The notes: generated by a model not told the origin, from the sequence alone. A DNA stretch of 60,655 bases, filler included, from Basidiobolus ranarum (GCA_040143965.1; 16 parts of 16 records of this genome joined end to end with filler, not necessarily neighbours in it); one strand, 5' to 3'; counted from the whole stretch's first letter, positions 23,031 through 35,822 are shown. Program-made: numbers and translations.

Positions 23031-24469
23031 TGGCTCTGCTCTTGAGTCTAGGGCAATTATATGGTTGTATAACAGGTGAGACTGGTTCCCTAAATGTGTC
23101 ACAAATGTTCAAGCAAAGTTCCTTTGGTAGATATATTAAGGAGACAACAAAAATAACACAAGCAAATGGGCATGGACCACTTCATACCTTGGCAGCTGCT
23201 GAATGCTCTTGTTAATGTTTACATTATCCTATCTTTACTGTTTAGTGCATCTTGCAAAGTTAGTATGGATCACAGTTATATATAGCATAAATTGTATTAG
23301 TTAGATAACTATTGCTTGTATCTTTATAAAAAATTAATAACATGAAATTGTCATACCTCAAAAAAATCAATGCTAGTCTATTAATACAAGCAATTTCACT
23401 ACAATTAAATGAAAAAAGTCTGTCAATAAAAAGCTTGTGCAGCAATGTTGGCTCAATATGGCTCATTCCACTCATATTTGCATGCATTAGAAGCTTACAT
23501 CATTGAATGAATAATTTGCTGATCTAAAAAGATGAATCAATTGATCCTGATCATTATACTGTGGTTTGTTCCTCCATTGCATGCTGTGTTTTGTCACTGA
23601 AGTGCCAAAGCTTCTGGAGTTTAATAATGTAGGAGCCTTTGGGCTCAATACAAAGATCAGGATATTGTGTGAGTGAGAGACAAATGACTGGCCTAAAAAA
23701 CATGTGAATGTCTTGGTGGTACATTTGATTAGGTAAGTTACACTGTTAATTGTTTGTTGTTACACATCCAATTATTGATATGTTACAAACTAGAGGATGA
23801 ACTTGCTTTGTCAGTTACCAAAAATCTTTATTTGATAACACTAAATTGGGTAACTTGATACAGGCTGACACAATATCTCCAGAAAAATCATTGTGTCAAA
23901 TTGTGGTGGGATAGTGCCACATTGTTCCTTATAGTGTCCAATTGAGTATTGGACTTGTTCCATTGTGCCAAGATTTATCAGACCTTGGATCAATATATTA
24001 AAGTAAATGTGATTGAAATTGATCATGCCAGAGGGTGATGGATAGTGCCAAATTGTGCCGCATAAATTTTAGAATACTTTATCCAATATGATATATACAG
24101 CACAATCTGGCACTATCACAGAGAACAAGTCCATTATAGGGTCTAGCAATGGTAATTGACTTATCATGCCAGATGGTGATTTAGCAGGCTGGATCAAGCA
24201 TCATGATTTGACCTGGCCCTATGGGACAAGTCAACTAAACATATTCCAAAATTAGATCTGTGCAAAGAATGAATATATGAGAAACATCTCAGACAGCCTT
24301 TGTCCGGCTCTGGAGGTATCAAATCCACTCAGATTTTTGCCCCATTTCACTCTAGCCTATTTAGGCCCTTCAAGAATGTCTCATTAGGTTCCCAAAGTTA
24401 TTTTAGGCTGATTATTTGTGACAAACAATATATACTTGGGTCTTCTCTCTCAAATCATAATCCAAATCC

Positions 24470-26553
24470 TTAGCTATCTTAAAACACTACTAAGCAATGG
24501 TGGAGAGAGAATAAGCCGAAAAATAGGGGACCAAGGTGTGATAAAGATGGAGAATATTCCTTCAAAGACTCTTTGTGTTTTTGTTCTAAACCTGGAATTA
24601 ACTGACAACCTACTGTATCTTTAACTGCACAGCAAATTGGAGTTGCTGAATATGCAAAAAGAACCATAGTGGAGTAGCATGTTCAATGTTGCATGATCAA
24701 AAGTTGGATTACAAACATTGGGCTGAATCTGTCTCCAAAGCAACCTATATCAAAAACCGAGGCCTACAAAAATTGCCACAAAATTCTACTCCATTTGAAG
24801 ACCAATGTACATAAAAACCAAGTGTGGATCATCTCTGGATCTTTGGCTGCACAGCATGTTGCAAATTTCTGCTCAAAACTGCTCTGAATTGGAACTCAAA
24901 AGCCAAAATGCATATTTCATGGTTGCAGTGATGGATCTAAGGCCTACAGACTGTTTGATACCAGAATCAAGGAAGTGTTTTGTGAGATTCTAGCTGTATT
25001 GGTGCCCAATTCAACCAAAATTCCAGGCCCAATAACATCACAGGGTGATTCAGAAGCTAGAAGATCATCCTTAAGGAGGATAGAGCCAGGAAACTATTGG
25101 AATATTTCCATTGATGATGTCAATGATTTTACAGCATGATGTAACAAGCTACAGAATCATGAAGAAGCTGTGGAGTGTCCAGAATCAATATTATGGGAAA
25201 ACACAATGTCTGATTAGTTTTCTTCACTTCAGGTCAATATTACATTGGTTTTAAGTTCTCTACCATCCGGAAGAAAGCCAGTAGGTTGCAAATGGGTCTA
25301 CAATGTTTAAAAACTAAGCTGATGGAATCATATACAGGTACAAAGCAAGATTGGTTGCAAAAGGTTATTGTGAGACTCCAGGAATTGCTTTTGATGAAGC
25401 TTGTGCTCCAGTAGCTACGTTTAGCTCTATTAGAACAACCATGGCTCTCCCCAATGTCCATAACCTTGACTTGGTCAAATGAATGTAAAAACAGCATTTC
25501 TGAATGGAAATCTGGAAGAAGAGATAACCCTAGAAAAGTACAAAGCAAGATTGGGTTCAAGAGGCTATTCCCAGACTCCAGCAGTTGATTTTAATGAAAC
25601 CTTAGCACCAGAAGTTACATTTAGCTCCATTCGATCAAACCTGGCACTCTCAGCCATCTATGTTGTTGATTTATATCAAATGGATGTAAAAAGCCTTTCT
25701 AAATGTAGTTTCTGATGAAGAGATCTATATGGAGCAACCAGATGGATTTGCTGGCCTAAAACAACTTAATAGAGTCTTTAATCTGCAGAAGTAGCTGGAT
25801 GGACTCAAGCAAGCACCCTGTGCATTGTACAACAGGATAGATAACTATCTGGAATCAATGAAATTCCAAAAATGTATAGCAAATCACATTTTTTACCTCA
25901 AAAAGACCGGTAATAGGTTCTTTATCTAGGCACTATATGTGGATGGCTTGATCAAAGCCACAAATGATCTAGAAGCACTTGATCAAACAAAAATCAGCTT
26001 GTCAAACCTATTGCAGATGACTGATATGGGGAAAGTAATTTATTTTCTTGGAATCCAAATCAAGAGCAACAAACCCTATGAGAAAATCATGCTGAATCAG
26101 TGTAAATAGATCACAGACATCATAAAGTACTTTAACATGGAGATTAGCAAGATAGTATTAATGCTAATGGATCCCAATGTGAAATTAATATAACTTTCAT
26201 CCAATTTGGCTACAATGACTCAAAGCATACCAAAAGTTCTTTATCAATCCATGGTGGGTAGTTTAATGTATAAAATAGTTAAAACATGTCAAGATCTTGC
26301 TGTGGCAGTGGGAACTTTCAGCCAATATCCCACATATCCAGGATCTCATCAAAAATCAGCATTAAAACAAATATTGTGTTATTTTGGAGGAACTGCAGAT
26401 TTAGCTCTGGAATGACACTACTAATGCAGAACATTTTGAAGGCCAAGGTGATGCAGGCTGGGGATGAAGCCTTAATGATTGCAGATTGACAACTGGTTAC
26501 ACTTTTCTCAATGGTAATGGAGCCATAACTTGGAATAGTGAGAAGCAACCAAC
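24470..26553 (+). mobile_element. Ty1/copia integrase-RT-RNase H remnant, chimeric
   Basis: SNGGE, QQIGVAE, KPVGCKWV, YKARLVAKG twice (~25340 and ~25540), GLKQAP, LYVDGL and YQSMVGSLMY. Many stops. Confidence 0.9.
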
Positions 26554-26698
26554 NNNNNNNNNNNNNNNNNNNNNNNNNNNNNNNNNNNNNNNNNNNNTTA
26601 ATTAATTAANNNNNNNNNNNNNNNNNNNNNNNNNNNNNNNNNNNNNNNNNNNNGGTAAGGAATTATGAGCTGGGAAAAAATATTGAGAAAGCTACTTA

Positions 26699-29402
26699 CT
26701 GATCAAGTAGTAAAGTAAAAATTTCAGAGTGTTTTGGTAAATTCGCCGACCTTCTCCAATTGCACGAAGAATGGTGGCAAAGTTATCGTCCGTTAAAATA
26801 ATGTCTGAAGCTTGCTTGGCAACATCCGATCCATTCATTCCCATAGCAATACCAACATCGGCTATTTTGAGCGATGGAGAGTCTATACAGTTTCAATTGT
26901 TAAAGTTAAAACTGGATGATAGCCAAATTTCACAGAAAGAGGAATACAAACCGTTAACACCATCGCCTGTCATAGCAACAACCAAATTTCTCCGATGCAA
27001 GGCCTTGATCATCTTGACTTTTGTATCTGGTGAACATCTTGCAATAACAAGTGGTAGCTGCTCTAAACTATCCAACTCTTTTTCTGACATAGCATCAAAA
27101 CAAGGACCACTGATTACGACATTTTGTAGCTTCGATTCTGTTGTGTTGGAGCTGAGAATGCCCACCTCCTTTGCAATAGCCGTTGCCGTCTCTTCATGAT
27201 CTCCAGTGAGCATATGTACCTTGATTCCAGCACCGTAGGCCTCTTCTACTGCACGGCGACTCTCGGGTCTTGGAGGATCTGATTAAAGTCAACAACATAA
27301 ATTCGTCAGTTTACCTTATATTGAGCTGTGCATACAAAAATGTAATCAAATACCGTAAATGCCAACCAATCCAAGGAAGGTGAGATCCTTTTCTAACGCT
27401 TCTCGACTGGTATTCTGAGCTTCCTCTCTGGTGATATCAAGAGATTTATATGCCAATGTCAAGACACGCTAACATGTAGAATAGCGTTAGAGCAAACATC
27501 AAAATCGAGATCGAATGGCTGTGTTCTTACTAAACCCTTTGAAGCTAAGGCATCTACGCGAACCAATATTTCTTTTCCATCCTCAACATTATGACATAGG
27601 GATAGAATTCTCTCTGTTGCCCCTTTCGTAAACATAAGTAAATTTTCAGAATCCTTTAGTTGATAGATGACGGACATTCTTTTAATTGATGAGTCAAATT
27701 GAAACTCAGATAGGAGTTCATAATTCATCTCCTCCAAATCAGGCTTTCCCATTCCAAATTTATGAGCAAACACTTGAAGAGCGACTTCAGTTGGATTACC
27801 ATTGGCAATCCATTCTTTCGATTGATTCAAGCGAATGCTTGCCATATTGCAAAGAGCGGCGCATCTGATGAATCTCTCCAGGTCTTTTGATACATTGGAC
27901 TTGTTAATAGGTTCTGCACCACTGTTGTCTAACTCAGTTTCCAATCCTAGATGATATACCTCGCCTTCTGGGTCAATCCCTTTAGAGGTTACAGAGTAGT
28001 AACCGTCCTTAAAGATCCAGAATTTAACCAGCACCATTTGTGCTTGGGTCAGAGTACCCGTCTTCACGAAGTGGAAATCATTATAAAAAAGAATGAGTCA
28101 AGATATTACTAGTACAAACTAATCAAGAGATACGAGAACAAACCTTATCTGAACAAATGTTTGTTACGCTGCCCAATGTTTCCAAAGAGTTTAATTTTCG
28201 TACAATAGCCCTTTGCTTAATCATCTCCTTACCACCAATGACAAAGGTAACGGTGACAACTGTAGTCAATCCCGCTGGAACTGCACATAAACCGGCGGTC
28301 ATTGCGTACATTCCGATATCATAGCTGGTAGGAGCATTGTATGTCAGCTAATTAGTAGTAAAGTGAATGTAATTCAGAGGTACTTACGTAATTTTAAATT
28401 TGCTAATCCCTATAACAATGATAGCAACAACAGCGGCGACCACTAACAAAAATAGAGCCATATAATTCAGGCTGACAAGCAGTGTTAGAAAAAGAATATC
28501 GTATTTATTCGATGCTAAATAGACTATACCTTTTCTGCAAACGTGTCTGCCCACTACCTCCAGATTCAGAAATGGTTTTTGCTATTTTTCCAATCTCAGT
28601 ATTCATCCCTGTGCCAACAACTATTCCTTTGGCACGTCCTTTAGATGCTATGGTCGAAGAATAGGCCATATTAGTACGATCTCCTAAGGGAATGTCTTTT
28701 TCTTGAAGAGCGTCTAGCCTATAAGGGAAAATCAACTAGATTAGAGAGAATGCCACTTTTCATACATTAACAAATCAAATTCACCTTTTTAAAACATGCT
28801 CTGATTCACCAGTAAGAAGGGCTTCGTCAACTTCGAAATTTGAAACGTAAATCAGTCGAACATCGGCAGCTATCGAATCTCCTTCCTGAATGAGTAGAAG
28901 ATCCCCTGGAACCAACTCTCGGCTGTTTATCGTCAGCTCCTCACTGTCACGAAGTACGCGAGCAGTAGGTGAGGACATCCCGCGTAGTGCTTTCATCGTC
29001 TGTTCGGCACTATACACTTGTTGAAATCCCAGAGATATATTCAGGATAGTAATCGCAAGGACGAGAGTGGCAGAAATGTAATCTTTTTGCACATAGGACA
29101 CGATCTACAGGCAAATTTTAATTTAGCTAAAGCTGCAAAATGTATCGCGAGAAAAGGAAATGGTATGCTCTTACCGCTACTGCAAGAAGGATATAGTTAA
29201 CTGCATCTTTAAGTTGGTATGATAGAATGGTGTACCATTTAATTTCCCCAGCGCCACTCAGTTCGTTATAACCATATTGATTTAGCTTATCACTGACATC
29301 TGAGCCCTGTAATCCAGTCTCCTGGTCCGTGCGAAGTGCTTGTACTGCTGACTCTGGATCCAAAGAATGCCAAGGTAGATTTATTGCGTTGTTCTCCTCC
29401 AT
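26699..29402 (-). CDS. ENA1: ENA-type (P2D) Na+/K+ P-type ATPase, multi-exon, 3'-truncated
   Basis: [15 protein letters not shown] in TM4, ICSDK|TGTLTQ (split by an intron), [29 protein letters not shown] and MTGDGVN|DSPSLK. Confidence 0.9.
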
Positions 29403-30245
29403 GGCTATTTGATGTGTTGGCCTTTGAATAATCATTTTATCAATGTTCCGATGCTCTTTTATATTGGCATACATAGATCGGGAATCTGAAAATCACCAAG
29501 TCGACGTTGAAAACGGACAAACCTCTTTCACCACACTAATATATTTGCGGACACTTGTCAAATATAGATATTAGGCGATCAATATCCCACCACGTGATCA
29601 CGGTTATTCTATAGCCATGTTAAAGATTATTCAATTTCTTCATAACTGACGAGGAGTGGACGGAAGCAGACAACAGAATACAGTATAGAAAACATTAGAA
29701 GAGCCAGTGATAAGATGAGAATTAATTTTGCGTACATGATATGCGCTTGCAAAGGTGATCAGGATATACCGAATTTGTGATCTGGTTAGAACAACCTGGC
29801 CCCCAACCTGATTGTATATCGTAATTTCAATATCTGAGATAAGTCAATCACATTATAGGTATTTAAACATACATTTGTGAGACTTCATCTAGTGTATAAA
29901 GGGTTAGCAGTACACATAAAATTCAACCTGTTGTAATTGCTATTAACTGACTGTGGCAAGCCTTTGATATTTCTACCCCTTTTGCAAGTATACAGCTCCT
30001 ATCTTGACTAATTAAATCATAGCAAATCTTTAAATATGTAGAAATTAGAATCTTCTTGCTACTTGATGTACCTCCAATCCATGTGGAAGTGATCTCTTGG
30101 CCAAGTGTTGCAAGTTTAGCATAGTGGCCATAGTTGCTGAAGCTGGTTGCACTTTTGGTGGTGGTAGTACCTGCAAGTGCTTTTACAGCCTTGGCTGGGG
30201 ATACATCACAGGCATCTTGCCATTTGTTACTGGTGGCTATACTTA

Positions 30246-30353
30246 TGTTAAAGTATTTGGGAGCCTGTTGGAAGTGGTTTGGAGAATTAGAGGAATTGGT
30301 GGTTTTCACTTATTGATTTATTGAGTAGAAAGTTGACATTTATAGTTTTGTCA
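30246..30353 (-). repeat. Copia family C LTR 3' end
   Basis: Matches 41923-42030. Confidence 0.75.
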
Positions 30354-31547
30354 NNNNNNNNNNNNNNNNNNNNNNNNNNNNNNNNNNNNNNNNNNNNTTA
30401 ATTAATTAANNNNNNNNNNNNNNNNNNNNNNNNNNNNNNNNNNNNNNNNNNNNTCGTGATTGTTTTAAAGTGACGTCCCCTTAATGACACGGCGTGATGG
30501 GCAATAGAAAACCCATTGATGATGATCTTCACTCATTGGAATATAACATCATTTTGGTTCTCATCGCATAATGGGCCTAGATTTGATGGATTGATTTCCT
30601 TATTGACGGCTCTCCATCATCAAATACCTGTATGAGTTAGAGTCTGAGCAGTCAGACTCGTGTAGGCCACATTCTCATTACCTAAAGCTCCTTTAAAGGC
30701 TACAAATTACCACCAGCTTGATTTTTTGCGGGCTGTACCATTTGCGCTATTAGTATTGTAGAGGATTTGAACAGCCCCATCACCCCCACAAAGGTATATT
30801 TCATGCCAGTAGCCAATTTTTGGCTTACTTTAGCCAAATTTGTAATAATAATATGTTGTTAGAGGCTTGGTATGTAACAGAGATGTTTTTGTAGCTTCAA
30901 ATATCCCTTTTTGACTAAAAAACGACATCACCTAGACCACGTACTTATGGACCTGTTGCGTCTTTAGTGTGTCGTTCGACGTACTTTATCCTCAGAAAGG
31001 TTCAAAGAAATTATTGAGATGGAAAATTGGGTGTATAGCGTATAGGTCATTTATGATCAACAGGTAGCTTGCAATTCACCAGCTTTTGTATCGCTCAACC
31101 AAATGAGCTTTTGTAACCAGCTCAGTCAGAACGAATTGCATAACATGAAGTAATTTTGCTACCAACAGAAGCTCAAGTATGTAACATCACGTGATACTTT
31201 GTTTTCAATCAACGAAGTCATTTTATTGCGCATATTGATTATAACTGCAGAATACATATCAATCTGATAATGCAACACAAATAGTCTAGAATTTGATTGG
31301 TAGTCTGAACATCATGATTTAATAAACGAAGATTGATACCTGCGTGTTATCTTAACCAAGTCTTATGCGGAATCCACTTTTAATCTACAGAATGATGGAA
31401 GAGGTCATCCTAAAGAGTCAAATTTGTTCAATTTATTTTATCTATTCATTGGTTACGATATTTTGGTAATTACTGTGATTAATTCAAGCTTATACTTCAA
31501 CAGCTCAGTCTAATACATACTGTTGTCCCTGTCATTCAAATATAAAC

Positions 31548-33165
31548 ATGAGTCAAGCGAAACACTCTCGTGTAGTATTTGGTGGGTTGCATTTCATTAG
31601 TAAAAATACTTTTAGTTTAGAATTCTCATAAACGTTACCTTATTCAGTGGGCGGCATTCCGTACGATCTGACCGAAGAACAATTGATTGACATCTTTAAA
31701 GAAGTTGGACCGGTAGTTTCCTTTCGGTAAGTCGATGGCCATTTTAACTTTTATCAATGAAGACTTTGAAATTGATGAGTTTGGATATTTAGTTTGGTCT
31801 TTGATCGAGAGACTGGTAAACCTAAAGGATACGGATTCTGCGAATTTCACGACGCAGTAACTGCTAGTAGTGCCGTTAGAAATCATAGGTCTTTACAAAT
31901 CCTGATCGATCTCCTTTTTATTTTTCTTCATGTCGTATGGATTTTGTTTGATCGAGAACTCCAGCAACCACTCTGGGCATGAACGGGTTGTGTTTGGTAG
32001 TTACGGAATAACGGAGGAACTAATGCATTCCTACCAATTTTTTTCTTGTATTTTTTTTTCAATACTGAACAACTATGAAGTTGGAGGTCGTCAGCTTCGC
32101 GTGAATCATGCTGAAAGTGACTCTACTAATAACGCGGAAGGATATCGTATAAGTGAAGGAGATGTTTTGTCGAGCGGAAGTGATGTAAGGATATCGGAAT
32201 TTCTTGTTTATCACTAGCACAATCTAATTAGAGTTTGTTGCTTTTATCAAATAGCCTCGATTATCTGGACAAGCAGGTGGGAGACCCCAGGTTTCCACAT
32301 CCACTGAGTCTGTTTCCAATGCTATATCATCTATGAACACGAATCAATTAGCTGAACTTATGGTCCAGATGAAGGTGATACATACTTTAGCTATATCTCT
32401 TTGGTTACAACTGCTCAAATGGTTGTTTTTGTAGGCAATTGCGCAGCAAAGTCCCGAACAAGCTAGATCTGTTCTAACAACTAACCCTCAGTTGGCATAT
32501 GGCATTTTTCAGGCAATGCTCACCATGAATTTAGTTGACCACAAAATTTTGCAGGTATGTATACGATCGTATAGTTATGATGTATTAAGAATGTTTCTGA
32601 TATACTACTATCAGCGACTTCTAAATCGGTCACCAAATCAAACACAAGCCATCAACACACCTGTGGCGCCAGCCTCCAATTATTCAGGGCCACCTGAGTC
32701 GGTACCCAATGTACCCTTGCCTACACCTATGGCACAATCAATACCTCCAGCTCCAAGTGCTCCGATTAGTAGTGTCGATAATATTGGGGCCACCGCACCT
32801 CCAGCCATGAGTAAGAATCCGCCATTTTGCTTTTATTTTAGATATATTAACCCTTTGATTTACGCTGTCTGTAGATGATTCTCTCCAGGAGCAACAACGA
32901 GTATGCTTTTTGCTACCATATGACTTAATTACACTTGTACTTATATATGTATGCACCAATAGGTTCTTCTCATGCAGCTACTCAGTCTTACTCCACAACA
33001 AATCGACTCTTTACCACCTGACCAACGCCAACATATCTTGCAACTGGTAAGGGTTTTCAAGTTGATACATATATAGGGTAGATGTATCGTCGTTCTAACT
33101 AATTTTGCATTTGTTGTTCATCTATTTAGAAAGCGCAAATCATGATGGGCCAAGGTCAAACATAG
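31548..33165 (+). CDS. RNA15: Cleavage stimulation factor 64-kDa subunit / Rna15, 10 exons
   Basis: [20 protein letters not shown]...[16 protein letters not shown]...[17 protein letters not shown], hinge [24 protein letters not shown]-terminal [25 protein letters not shown]. Intron 3 (31885-32065) appears to be AT-AC. Confidence 0.93.
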
Positions 33166-34017
33166 GAGTTTATCATAGAGTTGCCATTTCTAAACGGTAA
33201 TTGATACTCCAGTTGAGCGCACCTCTCTTTACCCTGTAATTGTTCATTCATATTAGAATTGGATCATACTATGAGTAAATACTTGGCATTTCATCAAGTA
33301 TAGCCTCATTGATTCCACACTTTTCTTGTGAAAATAAATGGACATTTCTATCAATCCGAACAATATGTAATTATTCATTAATCTTGATTCACGAAGCTGA
33401 AGTGATCTGTTATCAACCACTGTATCTCTGTGTGAATATCAAGATTATTCTATCTGGAGTCATATACATAGATAGCCTATGCTTATTTCGACAGATTTAA
33501 TGCCATTGTGTAAAGATTCAAAGGGCTTGCAACCCATTGACCTTCTTTCTACATACGCAATATTACTCTGAGGCAAAGGAGATATACAAAAGCATCATTA
33601 GCCACTTCAGTTGCATAAGTATAAATATTTTCAATTGAATAAAACAATAAGTTCAGATCACATAATTCCTCTTTTTATCCCAAATCCTCACAACAGGAAA
33701 TGCATCCATTTCATCACCTCGTGCCATAAATAAGCTGATTACATCAAACTGTAATCCAATCTCTCATTGATTGTTTGATCATTTAATATTCTAAACTGCA
33801 TTTTACTTCCCATTTTATGGCTTGTATCTTAACTTGGAGTATCTCTGTATCTTCTACATTCATTGAGCTGAATACAGTCTAGATAGCTACAGTTATCAAT
33901 ACATATTATTGCCCAAGTATTTTGTCTGATCTTATGATGTAGTTTATATCCAAGTATCATCCTGCTATCAAGCTTCTTGTCCACATATTCAATAAAGTCC
34001 TAAGTAAGCCCTATTAG

Positions 34018-34151
34018 GATGAAACATATTGACATAAGATATCATTTTATACAAGAGAAAGTTCAAGACAAAGAAGTGAACTTTATTTATTGTAATACTG
34101 AAAACATGCTTGCAGATATACTAACAAAACCACTCAAAACTTCAAGCTTTG
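34018..34151 (+). mobile_element. Copia RNase H tail fragment
   Basis: KHIDIRYHFIQEKV...MLADILTKPL. Confidence 0.85.
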
Positions 34152-34252
34152 NNNNNNNNNNNNNNNNNNNNNNNNNNNNNNNNNNNNNNNNNNNNTTAAT
34201 TAATTAANNNNNNNNNNNNNNNNNNNNNNNNNNNNNNNNNNNNNNNNNNNNC

Positions 34253-34717
34253 TCTATCGAGGAGGTAACTATTGCTGCTTTCCTCAAAGCTGAGCATACT
34301 CAACACACGGAGCAGTTTATTGTCAATAGCTTGAGAAAAGCTGGGCAGTTGACAGTCTCCCTGGTAGCCGAAGTCGATGGACACCTTGTGGGTCACGTAG
34401 GATTCTCCCCCGTGAAGATTTCGAATTGTGACGAACCATGGTATGGCGTGGGACCAGTTTCCGTTTTACCTGAATGGCAGGGGAAAAGTATTGGCACCCG
34501 TCTCATGAAGCAAGGACTAGACCAGTTGCGTGAGCTGGGCGCTACTGGTTGTGTGGTGCTTGGGAATCCAAACTACTACCAGCGTTTTGGCTTCAAAGCA
34601 GAGATATGTTTGGTGCTCGAAGGCGTCCCACCAGAATACTTTCAGGCCGTTTGCTTCAAAGGGGATATACCCTCAGGTACTGTAACCTATCATGAAGCAT
34701 TTAATGCCCAAGCTTAG
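34253..34717 (+). CDS. GNAT N-acetyltransferase, YhbS-like and bacterial-type, 5'-truncated
   Basis: Intronless as far as visible: SIEEVTIAAF...HTEQFIVNSLRKAGQLTVSLVAE...GHVGFSPV...GPVSVLPEWQGKSIG...GCVVLGNPNYYQRFGF...YHEAF. Confidence 0.9.
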   Translation, partial: SIEEVTIAAFLKAEHTQHTEQFIVNSLRKAGQLTVSLVAEVDGHLVGHVGFSPVKISNCDEPWYGVGPVSVLPEWQGKSIGTRLMKQGLDQLRELGATGCVVLGNPNYYQRFGFKAEICLVLEGVPPEYFQAVCFKGDIPSGTVTYHEAFNAQA

Positions 34718-35436
34718 TTAGTATACATACCATCAAAGGCTATGACCGCTTGTCGCAAGACTGGGATAATTTAATATATCTATAGGGGTTATATATATGC
34801 CCTTAACACTGAAATGAAATACATATTCAAATGCGATGTGGGTTGTCAGTTGAGATGGCGTTCACATATATATACATATTTATTTCATTTCCCAAATTTG
34901 GACATGCTGGATTTAGCCCGCATTGTAGTAGAGCATTCCTCAGACGAGCAATATATTCTAAATGTTGGAACTTTCAACCAGGCTAGTTAGTCTCTAATCC
35001 CCAAGGAATCATTTATACTGGGGGATACTAAGTACACTGGATCAATTTTTGATTGACATAATCATCCCAATCAGCCGGTAATCTTTGGATGAGCTATGGA
35101 TGATTAATAGTTTAAAGACCGCTTAGAATTTTTTCAATTTAGTAAACGTTTTGGTATTGGAGTTGGACTAGCCGTAGAGATGAATTTTGCATCAGAAATA
35201 AACCAAATGCCTATCATTGAATATAACTTTTAGCAGAGATAAACACATAATATGTGCCTCCATGGTTCAATAACATTGAATATTATGACCCTCTTCTAAA
35301 TGTATGACGAAAAGCACTTGGGTAGATCGTCAGACAGCAAAATCCAATTGGCTATCCAGTTGATTATATTACTTTGTCTACCAATGTCTCTCCTGCCTCA
35401 GACCATAGTCAGGAGTTAGAGATTATTCTACAATAT

Positions 35437-35822
35437 TGTTGAAATCAACATAGCCTAAACATCTATATAGTCATATATATAGCTTAGTATTTAGTTATTC
35501 CATATCTCACTAAGATGACCACCAATTCTTCTGGTTCGAAAAACCACTTCTAACAAACTCTCAAAACACTTTAAGACTACAAAGGCCCGAACCTCTCTGA
35601 CATTATTCTTTTGTCAAGAAGTAGATAAGTCAACGTGTTGAGTATGTTCAGGAAGGTCCCAGAAACATGTGTACAGAGTTTGGGGTCTCTTGGACAAGTT
35701 TGAGAACTTCCAAGTTGGTCTCAAAATTGAATTCCTCATGAAGATATTGAACAATACCATAGTGAAATTTAGGTAGCTAGCTGTATGATTATATAGATGC
35801 GTAAGCTATGCCATTTTCAACA
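35437..35822. repeat. Two abutting short LTR-C-related fragments in opposite orientation (35437-35635 plus; 35636-35822 minus)
   Basis: TGTTGAAA..CCTAAACA.CTATATAGTCATATAT and ...GCCATTTTCAACA match the LTR at 41923-42260. Confidence 0.65.

Noticed and set aside
29923-30309. 128-aa ORF upstream of the ENA gene
   Set aside because: Starts inside an LTR and runs through CpG-free repeat-like DNA, so probably another LTR relic rather than a gene.
30454-30900. Possible spliced minus-strand gene (CTAAC..CAG acceptor near 30630)
   Set aside because: Stops in all frames and no recognisable product.
31885-32065. Classical U12 (minor spliceosome) intron
   Set aside because: Lacks the ATATCCT donor and a convincing TCCTTAAC branch site.
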